A DNA stretch of 64,000 nucleotides, taken from positions 1 through 64,000 of IMG/VR virus record IMGVR_UViG_3300028423_001161. One strand, written 5' to 3'. Both the position numbers and the translations under genes were made by a program. The notes under the pieces are model-generated. The model was given only the letters and a program-made list of their open reading frames with translations. It was not told where the DNA came from and searched no databases. The stretch comes from a virus. This document shows positions 47,641 to 60,800 of the stretch, one piece after another (position 1 is the first letter of the stretch; the number at the start of each line of letters is the position of its first letter).

Positions 47641-50600
47641 TGACAGTGAGAAGACAACAGGCCCTGTTTGCGGCAGAAGACTGGAAGATTGCCTATAAGG
47701 CATATAGTCAAATTGATTTTCAAGCCTATGACTTTGACAGCATACGCAGTGCGATGGTTGAATACATTCGCACCAATTTTCCAGAAAACTTCAACGATTA
47801 TGTGGAAAGTTCAGAATTTATTGCCATCATTGAAATGCTGGCTTATCTATCACAGAGCTTGGCATTTAGAATGGATGTCAACACACGCGAAAACTTTCTA
47901 GAAACTGCAGAAAGTCGCGAGAGTGTGTTCAACCTAGCACGCATGCTGGGCTACAACGCCAAGAGAAATATTCCTGCAAGCGGTTTGATGAAGATAGTCA
48001 GTGTGAAGACCACAGAGCCTATTCAAGACAGCTTGGGCAACGATCTCAACAACCGCACAGTGTTCTGGAACGATGCCAACAACTCTCAGAGCTATGAACA
48101 ATTTTTGCTGATCATGAATGCCGCAATGAGCAAGACAAACCGATTTACTTCGCCAATCAAACAGGGCACAGTGGGCGGCGTGCGCACAGAACTCTATCAG
48201 TTCAACACACCTGCTAACTCGCCTATTACTTTCAACTTTGATCTCAGAATCAACGGTGTTAACAGAAACTTCAATGTGGTCAATCCAGACTTTGAAGACA
48301 ACAGCAACTTTTTAGAGAGACATCCAGATCCCACAAACCTCTTCAACATGATCTATCGCAATGATGGCAAGGGTGTTGACAGCATTGACACAGGCTTCTT
48401 TGTGTTTGTGAGGCAGGGCACACTGAACTTTGTGGATTTCAACTATACTACGCCGCTGGAAAATCGTCTCGAAGATATTGCTGTGCAAAACATCAATGAA
48501 AACGATGTGTATCTACAGGAAATCACTGGCAGTGGATTGGTGTTGAACAAGTGGGAAAAAATATCAAATATCGTGGGCCAGACACTGAACTACAACAGCA
48601 AAGAACTAGACAACAGAAATCTCTATGCCATTGAAAATAGAGGCACAGACGGTATTCGACTGAGATTTGCAGATGGCAACTTTGGCAATGTGCCCACTGG
48701 CATCTATCGTTTTTGGCATCGCATCAGTGATCCTAGCCGCTATGTGGTACAGCCCGAAAATGCACGCAACATCTCAGTGAGCATACCCTATGAAGACCTA
48801 GAGGGCAGACCACAGAGTCTCACAGTGACATTCTCGTTGCAGAGGGCCATCGGCAACAGTTTGCCAGCAGAGAGCATCAATGCAATCAAACAGCGTGCCC
48901 CACAGGTCTACTACACACAAAACCGCATGGTGAATGCACAGGACTACAATGTCTTTCCAGAGTCACAGAGTGACAACATCACCAAAATACGTGCTATCAA
49001 TCGAACACATGCTGGCCACAGTCGTTACATTGAAAGCAATGATCCCACCGGCACTTTCTACAATGTGGATACGTTTGCAGACGACGCTTATCTGTATCTC
49101 GAAGATTCCAAAATCACACAGTCAGTGATTATTGACAACACCACTACACCCACAGAAGTGGTCACTGGTGTCTTGCCAAACCTGCTCAAAGAACTGTCTG
49201 TGAACAACTTTGTATATCAGAGCATGAGAGATGCATGGACCAACATCGATCCTGACATTTTCCGCTTTCGCATTGAGGACAATGTGGTGTGGAATCCCCA
49301 GCCGGCTGCCAGTTCCGGCAAAACAGGATTTCTCACAGAAACATTCTCAGGAGCCGGAGAGATCAATGTGCTCACCAATCAAAGCACTCTCAGCAATGGT
49401 CAGCGTTTCATGGAAACACGTTTTCTCAAAGACAATGCGTTTTTGAAATTCGTTGACCCAGACAACCCCACAGACTACAAGTGGAGCCGTATCACTGAAG
49501 TTCTCAACAATGGACGACTCAGTGCTGGCCTAGTCACCAGCAGAGGACCCTGGACGCTCAGTGAAGAAGTTCCTGCCAGCTGGCAACTGATAGACACCAT
49601 TGTGACTCTGAGAAAATTGTTCACCAATGCTGAAGCACAGGCCATTGAAGATGCTATTCGCGAAAGAAGAACCTTTGGCATAGGCTATGATCTCAGCTCA
49701 GATACCTGGTATGTGATACCAGGCACAGATATCAACACTGCAGACCGCACAGGAAATTTTGCCATCACAGATGTAAATGTGCGCACAGGCAGCAGCTGGC
49801 TGTTGTTGATGGAGTATGTGGAACAGTCAATGGCTGACAGTGCCAATTACATGTACAACCTCACAATGAGAGGTGAAAATTATGTGGTGCAGAGCAGAGA
49901 CGATCTCAAATTCTACAATGTCAAGGATATCAAGGTGCTGGATCGCACAGGCCAGAGCAGCCAAGACACCATCACATTCACCACAGTAAACACCCGCCCT
50001 GGAGATGCCGAAACCTTTGAATGGATCGGCAGTGCCTGGCGCAACCAAGAGTTGCTCACTGAACATCCCACCAGAGGACTGCGTGTAGACCTACCACTGA
50101 AAACCCGCGATACCAGCTGGCAGGACATTGAAACCAAGTGGCAGAGCAATTTCGGCATTATCAAGAACAAAGGCACATTGGAAACCACTCTCACTGATCC
50201 TATTCAGCTGGTCAATGAATCCACTGTGCCTCTGAACACCTATCATCCTGTGGGTGCATTCAGCTCAGACAGCAACGTGGTTGTGGCCAACAATGTGGGC
50301 CGCATACAAACATTGCCCAGTGCGATCAATGTTACATTTACTGCTAACACTTTTGGTGATACCAGTGTCATAGGCACCTACAACGGTCAACGCGGTATAC
50401 TCTATAAGCAAAACAGCTTGAATTCCAACAGCGAAGAAATATTCTTTGCACCTGCAGACGGTGGTCCAGCAATTTCTCTGGGCAGTGAACCGGATCCGGG
50501 CACAGTGAATCTGGGTACATCGCCTGACGCCAACAATGTTGGGCAGATCACAGTGGTCACAGACAACGAAGACGGCACTGGCGTGTTCACCTATGGCAGA

Positions 50601-51827
50601 ATTCAAGACCAGAATCTCTTGAATCTAGACAGCGGCAGCAGAGACAAGTTGGTTGTGGAGTATGTAACCAATCGCCAACAGCTGGAAGACCCAATCAAGT
50701 GGGAGATCTCAGATGTATATCGTGAGCCAGACGGATACACTGACCCCAGAAAGGTCCGTGTGTCTCCCTTGGACAGCGACGGTGACTTGGTGCCTGATAG
50801 ACCTAGACAGTTCACAGAGTTTGTGGACAGTACCAATTTGGTGTTGTTTGAAACGTTTCAAGACATTGACGGTTTCGCCAGCGATCGTCCTGTTAGCGGC
50901 GTAATAGTTGATTGGCGCAACGAAGATGAGATCTCAGTGACTTCTGAGACAATCACCGCAGGCGCAACCAGCATCACACGCTCACTGTCTGGCATCGACT
51001 GGCTGTTGTTGAAAAACCGCCAACTGGCATCTCAGCTAGAAGATCGTGTGCGTGCTCGTGGCATGGTAATTTATGCTGAGGAAGAAGACACAGTGTATGA
51101 ACTAACACCAAGCAGCACACAGCCCAACACAGATATCAAACTGGTTGAAACCGATGAGTACTATGTGCGTCCGGGTCGGGGCGCCACGCAAAACACAGAG
51201 AATTTAGATCCACAGCCTGGTGTGATACGCTGGGAGCATGTGGCACCCAATGATGTGAGAATCGATCCCAGCATCTCTAATATTGTAGAGATGATTGTGC
51301 TCACCACCAGCTACTATGATCGGGTGAGACGCTGGCAGGCCAGACCTGTTGATGAGTTTCCTTTGGAACCCACCAGCGATCAACTCAGCGTGGAGTTTGA
51401 GAACCTCAACGAGTTCAAGAGCGCCAGTGATGTGCTGGCATTTCGCAGTGCACAATATCGTCTGCTGTTTGGGCCGCAGGCTGATCCAGAGTATCAGGCC
51501 AGATTCCGAGTGGTCAAACTCAGTGACCAGTTCAGCGACAATGAACTAAAAACCAGAATTATCTCTACCATAAATGAATACTTTGATGTGGACAACTGGG
51601 ATTTTGGCGAAACATTCTATTTCACAGAACTCAGCACCTATATTCATCAGAGATTGGGCAGTGCTATTGGCAGCATTGTGATACTGCCCAAGCGAACCAC
51701 AGGCAGATTGGGTGAACTGTTTCAGGTACAGAGTGATCCCAATGAGCTGTTTATCAGCACAGCCACAGTAAATGACATTGAGATTGTAAGCAGACTAGAC
51801 AATCAAACACTCAGAGTTGATAGGTAA
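47640..51827 (+). CDS. gp6: large baseplate wedge subunit (gp6-like, expanded)
   Basis: DFDSIR, FNDY.ESSE, ENFLETA.SRESV..LA..LGY, FADG.FG.VP and QNRMV...DY. Confidence 0.85.
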   Translation: MTVRRQQALFAAEDWKIAYKAYSQIDFQAYDFDSIRSAMVEYIRTNFPENFNDYVESSEFIAIIEMLAYLSQSLAFRMDVNTRENFLETAESRESVFNLARMLGYNAKRNIPASGLMKIVSVKTTEPIQDSLGNDLNNRTVFWNDANNSQSYEQFLLIMNAAMSKTNRFTSPIKQGTVGGVRTELYQFNTPANSPITFNFDLRINGVNRNFNVVNPDFEDNSNFLERHPDPTNLFNMIYRNDGKGVDSIDTGFFVFVRQGTLNFVDFNYTTPLENRLEDIAVQNINENDVYLQEITGSGLVLNKWEKISNIVGQTLNYNSKELDNRNLYAIENRGTDGIRLRFADGNFGNVPTGIYRFWHRISDPSRYVVQPENARNISVSIPYEDLEGRPQSLTVTFSLQRAIGNSLPAESINAIKQRAPQVYYTQNRMVNAQDYNVFPESQSDNITKIRAINRTHAGHSRYIESNDPTGTFYNVDTFADDAYLYLEDSKITQSVIIDNTTTPTEVVTGVLPNLLKELSVNNFVYQSMRDAWTNIDPDIFRFRIEDNVVWNPQPAASSGKTGFLTETFSGAGEINVLTNQSTLSNGQRFMETRFLKDNAFLKFVDPDNPTDYKWSRITEVLNNGRLSAGLVTSRGPWTLSEEVPASWQLIDTIVTLRKLFTNAEAQAIEDAIRERRTFGIGYDLSSDTWYVIPGTDINTADRTGNFAITDVNVRTGSSWLLLMEYVEQSMADSANYMYNLTMRGENYVVQSRDDLKFYNVKDIKVLDRTGQSSQDTITFTTVNTRPGDAETFEWIGSAWRNQELLTEHPTRGLRVDLPLKTRDTSWQDIETKWQSNFGIIKNKGTLETTLTDPIQLVNESTVPLNTYHPVGAFSSDSNVVVANNVGRIQTLPSAINVTFTANTFGDTSVIGTYNGQRGILYKQNSLNSNSEEIFFAPADGGPAISLGSEPDPGTVNLGTSPDANNVGQITVVTDNEDGTGVFTYGRIQDQNLLNLDSGSRDKLVVEYVTNRQQLEDPIKWEISDVYREPDGYTDPRKVRVSPLDSDGDLVPDRPRQFTEFVDSTNLVLFETFQDIDGFASDRPVSGVIVDWRNEDEISVTSETITAGATSITRSLSGIDWLLLKNRQLASQLEDRVRARGMVIYAEEEDTVYELTPSSTQPNTDIKLVETDEYYVRPGRGATQNTENLDPQPGVIRWEHVAPNDVRIDPSISNIVEMIVLTTSYYDRVRRWQARPVDEFPLEPTSDQLSVEFENLNEFKSASDVLAFRSAQYRLLFGPQADPEYQARFRVVKLSDQFSDNELKTRIISTINEYFDVDNWDFGETFYFTELSTYIHQRLGSAIGSIVILPKRTTGRLGELFQVQSDPNELFISTATVNDIEIVSRLDNQTLRVDR

Positions 51828-51841
51828 AAGGCAACCAACAC

Positions 51842-54800
51842 ATGGCAGATAAAAAGATCTACAAACGCTTACCGGCAGTACTACAAACAACAGCAATCAA
51901 GAATTTCTTTGAGAGCACAGTAGAACAACTGTTTAGCAAGAGCAATGTTGACAACATTCAAGGTTTTATAGGCTCCCAGCGCAGTGAGGACGCCGGCGCA
52001 TCAGGCACATATCTACCAGAGCCCAGCATAACCAAGAGGTTCTATGGTTTGTCGCCCACTGTGAACACACTGAATCCCGACACTGGTGACAGCGAAAACT
52101 TGATTTACTATGACGAACTTGTTGATATACTCAAGACCTATGGTGTAGATGTTAGAGATCATAACAAAATTTTCTCAGAGAATTATAGCACATTCTTGCC
52201 GCCCATTGACATTGACAAGTTTGTAAACTACTCAGAATACTACTGGGCACCCAAAGGCCCCAGCACCATAGTGGTTCAAGGAACTCTAGAACATCCCGTT
52301 GATGTTGACCGTGATGTGCTAGGACAAACACAGTTCACACCACCGGGTGGCGTGCCATTTCGCAATGGCATGATTGTGGAATTCGGCGGCGATTTTGTTA
52401 TTCCCAACACACGCTTGGGTGTAGAGTACATTGTGGAAGGTGTAGGAGAAAGCATTTTCTTTGTGCCCAAGGCAGACAACTTCAGCACACGTTTCAGCAC
52501 ACCCGGCGAAGATCAGTTTGATCTTGGACTCGAAGACACAGATGACACTGTGGAAACAGTTCACAGTTCTGCAGACTACCTCAGCAATGTAGAGATACTC
52601 AGTGGCGGTGTAGGCTATGTAGAACCCAAGCTGTTTGTGTACGACAACCCTTTGGTCAGTGTCACAGACAACAGCGGAGACAATATCAGTGCGCTCACAC
52701 CATACTGGCAAGATGACCCTGCCAATGTGGATTTACGAACCACAGATCCCAGCACTGGTTTACAGAATGCTAACCTCATAAGCCTTGCGAGCATTGTTGA
52801 CTATGAGACTCAACAGGGCATTCTCACAGAGTATGACACCGTGAAAGCTCTCTATGACAACAGTGAACTACGCACAGGTTCTGTGGCAGAGTTTGATCTT
52901 GGTGTGGATTCAGATCATAGCATCACAGATGTAGATATCACCAACAACAACAGCAGTGATCCCAAGCATCTGTACAGTGGCCAAGTACGCTATGTGCTCT
53001 ATGACAAGCTAGTAGAACATCAAGCAAACCTATCACTCACTGCCGAACAAGCCACCGGCAACAGCACACCACAGGTGTTTGAGACCAGCGAGTTTGTGCT
53101 TGACAGTGTCACAGACATCAAAGTTGGACAACAGATAACAGGTTTATTCAAGGGCATTGTAAAAAACATTACTCCTGCTAGCAGAATCATAGAGCTGGAA
53201 GAACCAGTGCCTGTGACAGTTGGCATGTTTTCTCAGGATAGTACTCTGAGATTTCAGGGTCGTGGTTTTTCAGCAGACCTGAGATTTGACGATGTGCACA
53301 CTGTCACAGAAGGCTCTGTGGTTACCATACTTGAATCTCAGCGTAAACCAGGTGTGAATCCCAACAACTTCAATGACTATTATGTGATCAATGCACTGCC
53401 TGGTTTTGACCAAGACGGTGGGCCGCCGTGGAGCGGCACAGACACGCAGGAAGTGTCAGACTACCTCTTACAACAACGCGGCGCAACCAACCGCAACGTG
53501 TGGAGTCGTGTAAACTTCTGGTATCATCGTCAAAACTTCGTAGATGCAGGCGACGAGTTGCCTCCTGTGAGTCAACGAGCCAAACGTCCTATCATTGAGT
53601 TTGATAGAAACTTGGAACTCTACAATCACGGCACAAACAGTCTAGGCTTTGTGAACACAGCATCCACAGAGCTTACCTTGGATGATATCAACGGTCGTCC
53701 GTCGGGCTTTCTCATCGATGGCGTGCCCACCGAAAATGCCAGCTTTATTTTCCCAGAAGGCAAGGTTGAGGATATTAAGTATGTGTATACCACAACCACA
53801 GTGCAAGATGATGTGGAAATAACGTTCAGCGACCCAGCTAATCCAGATCCCAGCAACATTGAAATTGCTGTTGTGGGCAACGTCACGCTTGGCGGTTTTG
53901 CTGAAAACGGATATGTTGACAGCATTGAGATCATCGACCCTGGTGCCAACTATACCAGCAATGTGGAAGTGGTTATCTCTCACAGTGCAGGACGAGATGC
54001 ACAAGCAACTGCTGTGGTAGATGGCAGCGGCAGTATCACAGAAATACTGCTGTTTGACAGGACTCCTGAATCTGTGAGCTATGACGGTGAGTATGTCAAT
54101 GTGAGATTCAACGGCAGCCACGGCCTCAGCGACGGAGACACAGTAAATGTGATCGGCGCTGATCCCTCTGAGTACAACGGAACGTATCAGATCATTGTGA
54201 CATCCAGCAACGAGTTTTTGTATTTGCCCAAAATTAGGCCTAGTGCCGACACAGCAAGCACATTGCCCACTGTGAAAACAGGCGGTCGCAGCTACTATGA
54301 AACTGGCCTTGTGAGAGTTACACGTCTCCCTGATCCTAATCTAAATCCCGAAGACGCTGTTGATGGCGATGAAAATTTTGTACCCTTGGAAGCACAACCA
54401 GGAGATATTGTGCAGGTCACTGGTGGCAGTGTGGCACTTGGACGTGAGTATGTTTTTGAAAGCACCGAGTGGAGTGTGGCACAGGAAAAAGTCACTGTGA
54501 ACCAAGCGCCGCTGTTTAATCTCTATGACACCTCAGGTCGTTATCTAGGCGACAATGGTGTATATCCCAACAACAACTTTGCAGGTTCTAAGATATTTGG
54601 CTATGCAACCACAGCGCCAGACAGTGATTCTGTGCTGGGCACACAGCCAGACACAGAGCTAGGTTTTCCAGTGGTGTTCAAACAGTTCAAAGCCACCAGT
54701 GAAATTGTGTTTGAAAATTATTTGGATACCAGCAGTTACAGTTATAGGCCACTGGGAGCAGACAGTGATCTTGATGTCACTGGCTACTACTATTACAAAC

Positions 54801-57800
54801 TGTTAACCGAGCCCGTGGGTTATCACAGTGCATGGAAAGTGGTCGATGATCGCAGCACACAGAGAATCTACACTGTTTACAACATCACACAGATCGAAGT
54901 AGATCAACAGCGTGTGAATTATTTTGTAGGCTGTTTGCCTGAGCTTGATAGCTCTGCGCCCAGCGGCTATGACATACGTGTGAGAGTCAACGGAGAAATA
55001 CGCACAGACTACACCTATGGCACCACACAAAGCGGCTACATTGACTTTGAGAGCTTTGATCTGTCAGCTGGCGATCTACTGGAAATCGATGCCTATGGCG
55101 AGGAAGGCCTTTTTGACATCAACACAGCCAGCAAGTATGAATTGCCATTGGGTTGGAGTAGAAATCCCGAAAACCAAGACATATTGTATACTAGCGAACC
55201 AGAATTTCTGGAACATTTTCGCAGATATCTAAGTGATCAACCAGGCTTCCGGGGCGATGTGTTTGCCAACAACAACAGTTCTAGTATCCCGTTGAATCCG
55301 AGGCATGCTACCGAGATTGTAAACACCACACAAGACATCATGCTGGGTGCATTTCTCATTGACGATCAACCTCACAACTTGGTTGATGCACTGAGATTTA
55401 CTGCATTGGAGTACAGCAAATACAAGAACCGGGTGCAAGCAGAAATTGATCGCTACAATCAACTCAACAACATTGACAGTCTTGGTGTTGACGCAGTGCT
55501 AGAGCAGGTGCTGAGAAATGTGATCAGTTTCAAAGTGGGCAACGAAGTTTTCAATAGAACCTATGTGATGCCGTTTGGTGACAACTATGAAGAAGAAACT
55601 TTCACAGTTGCACTAAATCAAACAGACTTTGTGTTGTCTACATCACTGGACTTTAATCAACTGGAAAACACATTGTTGGTGTTTCACAATGGCAACTTGC
55701 TGAGAATTGACAACTGCTATGTGTTGTCAGATCATGCGCCTATTACTATCACAGTTCAAAATGAAGTGGGACTACAGCCCGGCGATACCATCACAGCACG
55801 TATCTACAACAGTGAGCGCGACAGTGCACAGTGCCCGCCAACGCCAAGCACCATGGGATTATTTCCACTGTACATTCCTACTATACTGGTGGATGACAGC
55901 TATCAGACTCCGGTGGAAGTGATACTGGGTCACGACGGCAGTCGCACACCAATCAAAGGTGACAGCAGAGATCACATATTACTGGAATATGAGAAACGCA
56001 TCTACAATGCTGCCAAGAAAGAATTCCGAGAAGCCAACAGTTTGCCAGAGTACAATCTAGCAAATGTGCGTGCAGGGGCATTCCGAGACACTGGATATGC
56101 ATACACAGAGTTCTATGATCTAATGCGCAACAGCTTTTCGCGTTGGACTGTGGATAACACAGTGGATGCAGTGACCAACGAATACTTTGACTTAGACAAC
56201 GAATTCACCTGGAATTATGGTACACAGGCTCTTCCAGGACACTGGCGTGGTATCTATGAATACTACTACGACACTGTGAGACCTCACACACATCCCTGGG
56301 AGATGCTGGGCTTCACAGAAGAGCCACTGTGGTGGGACACAGAGTATACCAGACAAGAAATCAATCAGCGAGATGAGGTGATTTCAATCTTGTCCTATGG
56401 CCCCGACAACACACGTCTGTGGCAGGATCTGGAACAGGGCATTATTCGGCAGGGTCCCAGAGAAAACTTCTCCGACGGTAGATATTTACTTGATAATCCA
56501 TATCGCAGGGTTGGCCTTAGTGAAATTATTCCTGTGGACAACAATGGCGAGTTGATATCTCCTTTCCGTTTGTTCAGCACAGGCACCACGCAGATATTAG
56601 AGCAGTGGCAAAATTCTGTGACTGGCAACAACGATCCTGACTATGCGTTCCGCACCAGCAGTTTTCAGCAAGTAAACAGCTTGAATGTGAGCTATGACAC
56701 ATCAGGCGGTATCAGCGGCAACGGCAATGTGTATGTGAGTACCACAGAAAACTCTGTGAGTATTCCGCGCAAAGACCTCAATGTGCTTGTTCGAGACGAA
56801 TCGCCTATGCCCGATGACAAAATTGTTGCTGTGTTGGTAAATGGTGAACCAGTGTACGGCATCAAGTCGCCAGACAGCTGGAACAACCAAGATGTGTGGC
56901 ACTACAATCTAGGCTACGATTACACCCTGCAAGACCAACTGAGGGTGATCACACCTCAGGTGTTAGGCATCAGCAACTGGGACAGTGAATCACACTCCCC
57001 CGTGGTGGGCTGGGCATCTGATGGCTTGCCTATCTACGGTCCATATGGCTATGAAGATCCCAGTGATAGCAACAGCAGCATTGTTGCTATTCGCTCGCCT
57101 TGGGTGTTACGTGAAGCCAACAACAGGCAGATCAACCCCGGCGGTGCACACACTGGTGTTTTCATTGAAGATTACAAATATGATGCCACACTAAGCGGAC
57201 AACCAGGTTATACAGGAAAACACAATCAGAGATACGGCGTAACACCTGACAGCCCCACACAGCCAATCTACTACTATGTGCTCACTGTGGATGAAAATCT
57301 AGAACCTGCATTTCCCTATCATGTGGGCGGTGGCACCACAAATGTAGACCAATGGGCAAACAACTATTTCAGCACAGCACCTCTCAGAGGACGTATCTCA
57401 GATGTGCTAGTGCAAGAGCAAGGTGCTCTCTATGATCCTGCAAACACCACTATTGCAATCACCGACAGCAATGGCAATGACACAGCAACAGCAAATGCTG
57501 TGATAGAGGATGGACACATTGTTGATGTGGTTGTCACAGATGCAGGCAGTGGTTACAGCGAAGCACAGGCCACAGTGGTTGATTCATCGGGATCGGGTGT
57601 GCGTGCCAAGCTGGATGTGGTGGTTAGCACCAGCGATAACAGCACAGGCAACAGTTTTGTAAACACAGATGCCACAGCCAGCATAGTCAGTGTGCTAGAT
57701 ACACAATTGGTCAGAGACGGCAATGAAATCAGCAACAACTGGAAGTTTGGCGATGTTGCACCTGCAGAGTATGCTTGGCGCAGCACTGAACAATATCCAT

Positions 57801-60800
57801 TTGCTGTAGCAGAAGCACTGTTGCTGGCCAAGCCGGGCAGGTTTGCTAGAATATTCAGCGAGCCCAGCAAACTGCATAGACCAGACATCGACCGACGCAT
57901 GCTGTTAAATCGAGACACCAACAAACGCTGGCAGTTCCTGGATCCTGCTCAGTTTTCTGTGCATGGCGACATTGACAACAACGGTAATTTTGTCACCAAT
58001 GTGGGCTACACACAGTTTATCAACAGTTGGCTCAAGTTCCAGGGTCTTGACACAGATGTGGATTTTGTGCCCAAACTGAGAACACTCAACATGAAACTGT
58101 CTCATCGCATGAGTGGTTACATCGACAAAGACACACTCACTGTGAGAACAGATCAGTACAGCAATGATGGTAATGCCACCAGCTTGATTGTGCCGCAGAA
58201 AAACATATCAGTGGCAGTTCACAGCTCGCCTAATAAAACGCGCAACTTCTACAGTGGTGTGCAGATAGAAAAAACTCTAGGCGGTTATCGTCTACGGGGC
58301 TATGACAGAAATCAAGGCTATTTCAGCATCTTGGAAAGCGACCAAACTGGTCCCAGGCAGAGAGTCACTGTCGGCGGTGAGCCTGCCAGCTATGTGCCAT
58401 GGGAGCCAAATCAAACCTATCGCAAAGATGCCATTGTTGAACGCCTAGGCAATTTTTATCAGGCCAAACTCACAGTGAGCTCAGGCACAGAGTTTGACAA
58501 GTCACTGTGGACACGTTTGCCTAGTCTGCCACAAATTGGTGGTGCAACCAGCACGCTCTATCAGAGAACCACAGGCCGCACACTGAGAGTAAACTACGAA
58601 ACTGAATTTGACAGCATAGATCAAGTCTATGATTTCTTGATTAGCTTGGGTAGATATCAACAGAGAAGCGGCTATGACTTTGGCGACTACGATGAAGCAA
58701 TTGCTGATGTCAGAGACTGGAGTTATGCTGCCAAGCAATTTTTGTTCTGGACCACAGGACAATGGGAAGTTGGCAACACTCTTGAACTATCTCCCTTGGC
58801 TCCGCGCGTTGCATTTTCAGTGCCCACAGGATTTATTTCCAAGATCAATAGGAGCGACAGAGAACAGTTCTCCGTTGTGAATGCTGCAGGGGCAGTGATT
58901 GATCCTCAGCAATGTGAAATTGTTCGACAAGATAATCGCATAGAGATTGCACCGCCAGCAGGTGATCAGATCTACGGTGTGCTGTTATACACCAAAGAAA
59001 TCGAACATGCAATGACCTTAGACAATCTCACTGAGTTTGCTGATGTGATCTACAATCCGGTGATCAATCAGAAACACTCGCGTCTCAAGGTCACAGGCAC
59101 CCGAACCCGTAATTGGACAGGCAAATTGCTGTCTGAGGGTTTTGTGATTGACGAAGATGAACTCAAACCCAACTTGGACAATCTTGCAGAGAGCCTTGGC
59201 AGATATCATGAGCTAGGTTTTATTCCTGTTGAAAAGCAGGTCTACGAACAGGCACGTGCACTGTTTGGCTACACAGACAGGGAGTACCTCAGAGAGCTTG
59301 ACATCATAGATGATCAGCAGTTTGACTTCTACAAAGGCATGATACAGAGCAAAGGCACCGACAGCAGTCTCACTCGCATTGGTCGCAGCAAAACTGTAGC
59401 AGAAGGCAACATCTCTGTGTACAGTGAATGGGCACTGAGGGTTGCTGATTTCGGTGATACTGAGAGCGATCAAAGCCTCGAACTTCAAGTAAACAAATCA
59501 GACATTGTGCAGAATCCACAGTTGATCACACTGGCACTGCCCGAAGACATCACCAACAGTGTAGAGCGTATAGATGTGCTAGAAGCAAAATTTGTCTACA
59601 CCAGCACACCCGAAATTGAGTTGCCGGCTCCGGCTGATCCAACTGGCACACAAGCTCTTGCCGCTGCCACACTAGACTCCACTGGCAAATTGAGTTCAAT
59701 CACTGTAACTGAAGCAGGCAGTGGTTATGGTGCTAGCATTGGTGCAGACGTGATCGCTGCCAACGTGCTGGTGGACAGTGAAAGCACACGTTTTGTGGAA
59801 GTTGCAGCTACACCGCTTGCCAACAACATCATTGACTTTGATCAACCGGAAATTGTGTTTTCTGTGACAGACAACATCAGTGGCGCAAACATTGACGCTG
59901 TAGTACCTGCCAACGGCAATGTGGTAATTGAGGATGTGCTCAGTGAAATCAACAGCAATGCACTAGTCAACAGTCATCTCACAATGCGTGCTTTTTCAAA
60001 TCTCAACAACGGCAACGTGGTATACAATGTGAGACTAAGCGGCTCAGACTTTACAGTAACAGACGGCGCTAACATAGGTGTCGCCAATGGCAGCTATCAG
60101 CCCGTGCAGAAATACGCCATAGACACCGCAACCAACAGCGAACCTGAGATTGATATCAACGATGTTACTGTGCTTGTCGACGGACAAGTGGTACCCAGTG
60201 CTCAAGGCAATGTTACAAACTGGACATTCTCGGCTTCTAACACAATCACAGTTACCAGTGATAGCGTTTATCCAGAGAATGCAAATGCCAATAGTTCGGC
60301 TTCATTTGCATTGGGAACAACTGTTACCAACATCGAAACTGACAGCAACGGCCGCTATAGGTATCTAGAACTTTACATCAACGGTGTGCGTGTTACAAAT
60401 ATTCGCAACGGATTGGGCGTAGATGCCAACACTGGCTTGCCGCTGTACAGTGGCACTGTGTATGAAATTGTGGGCGGCAACACACTGCGTTTTCCAGACA
60501 TCAATCTCATACCCAAACAAGCATTAGCAGAGCTCTATGATCCACCGTTGGAGCAGGCCATAGAATACAATGAACAGCGTGAACTCTACTATGGTTTTAA
60601 CAGCGACACAGAGTTCCGCTTGGTGGAAAAGGCCACTGTGGAGTTTGACAACAGCTATCAAGGCGACCTGCCGGGCAAGACATTGAATATCCGTGTAACC
60701 AGCAAAGACCGTATTGCTGTGCGCACACAAACAGTGAGAAGTTTCGAAATAACACCAGATGCACAAGATGATGATGTGTTGTTCATTGACATCGACAATG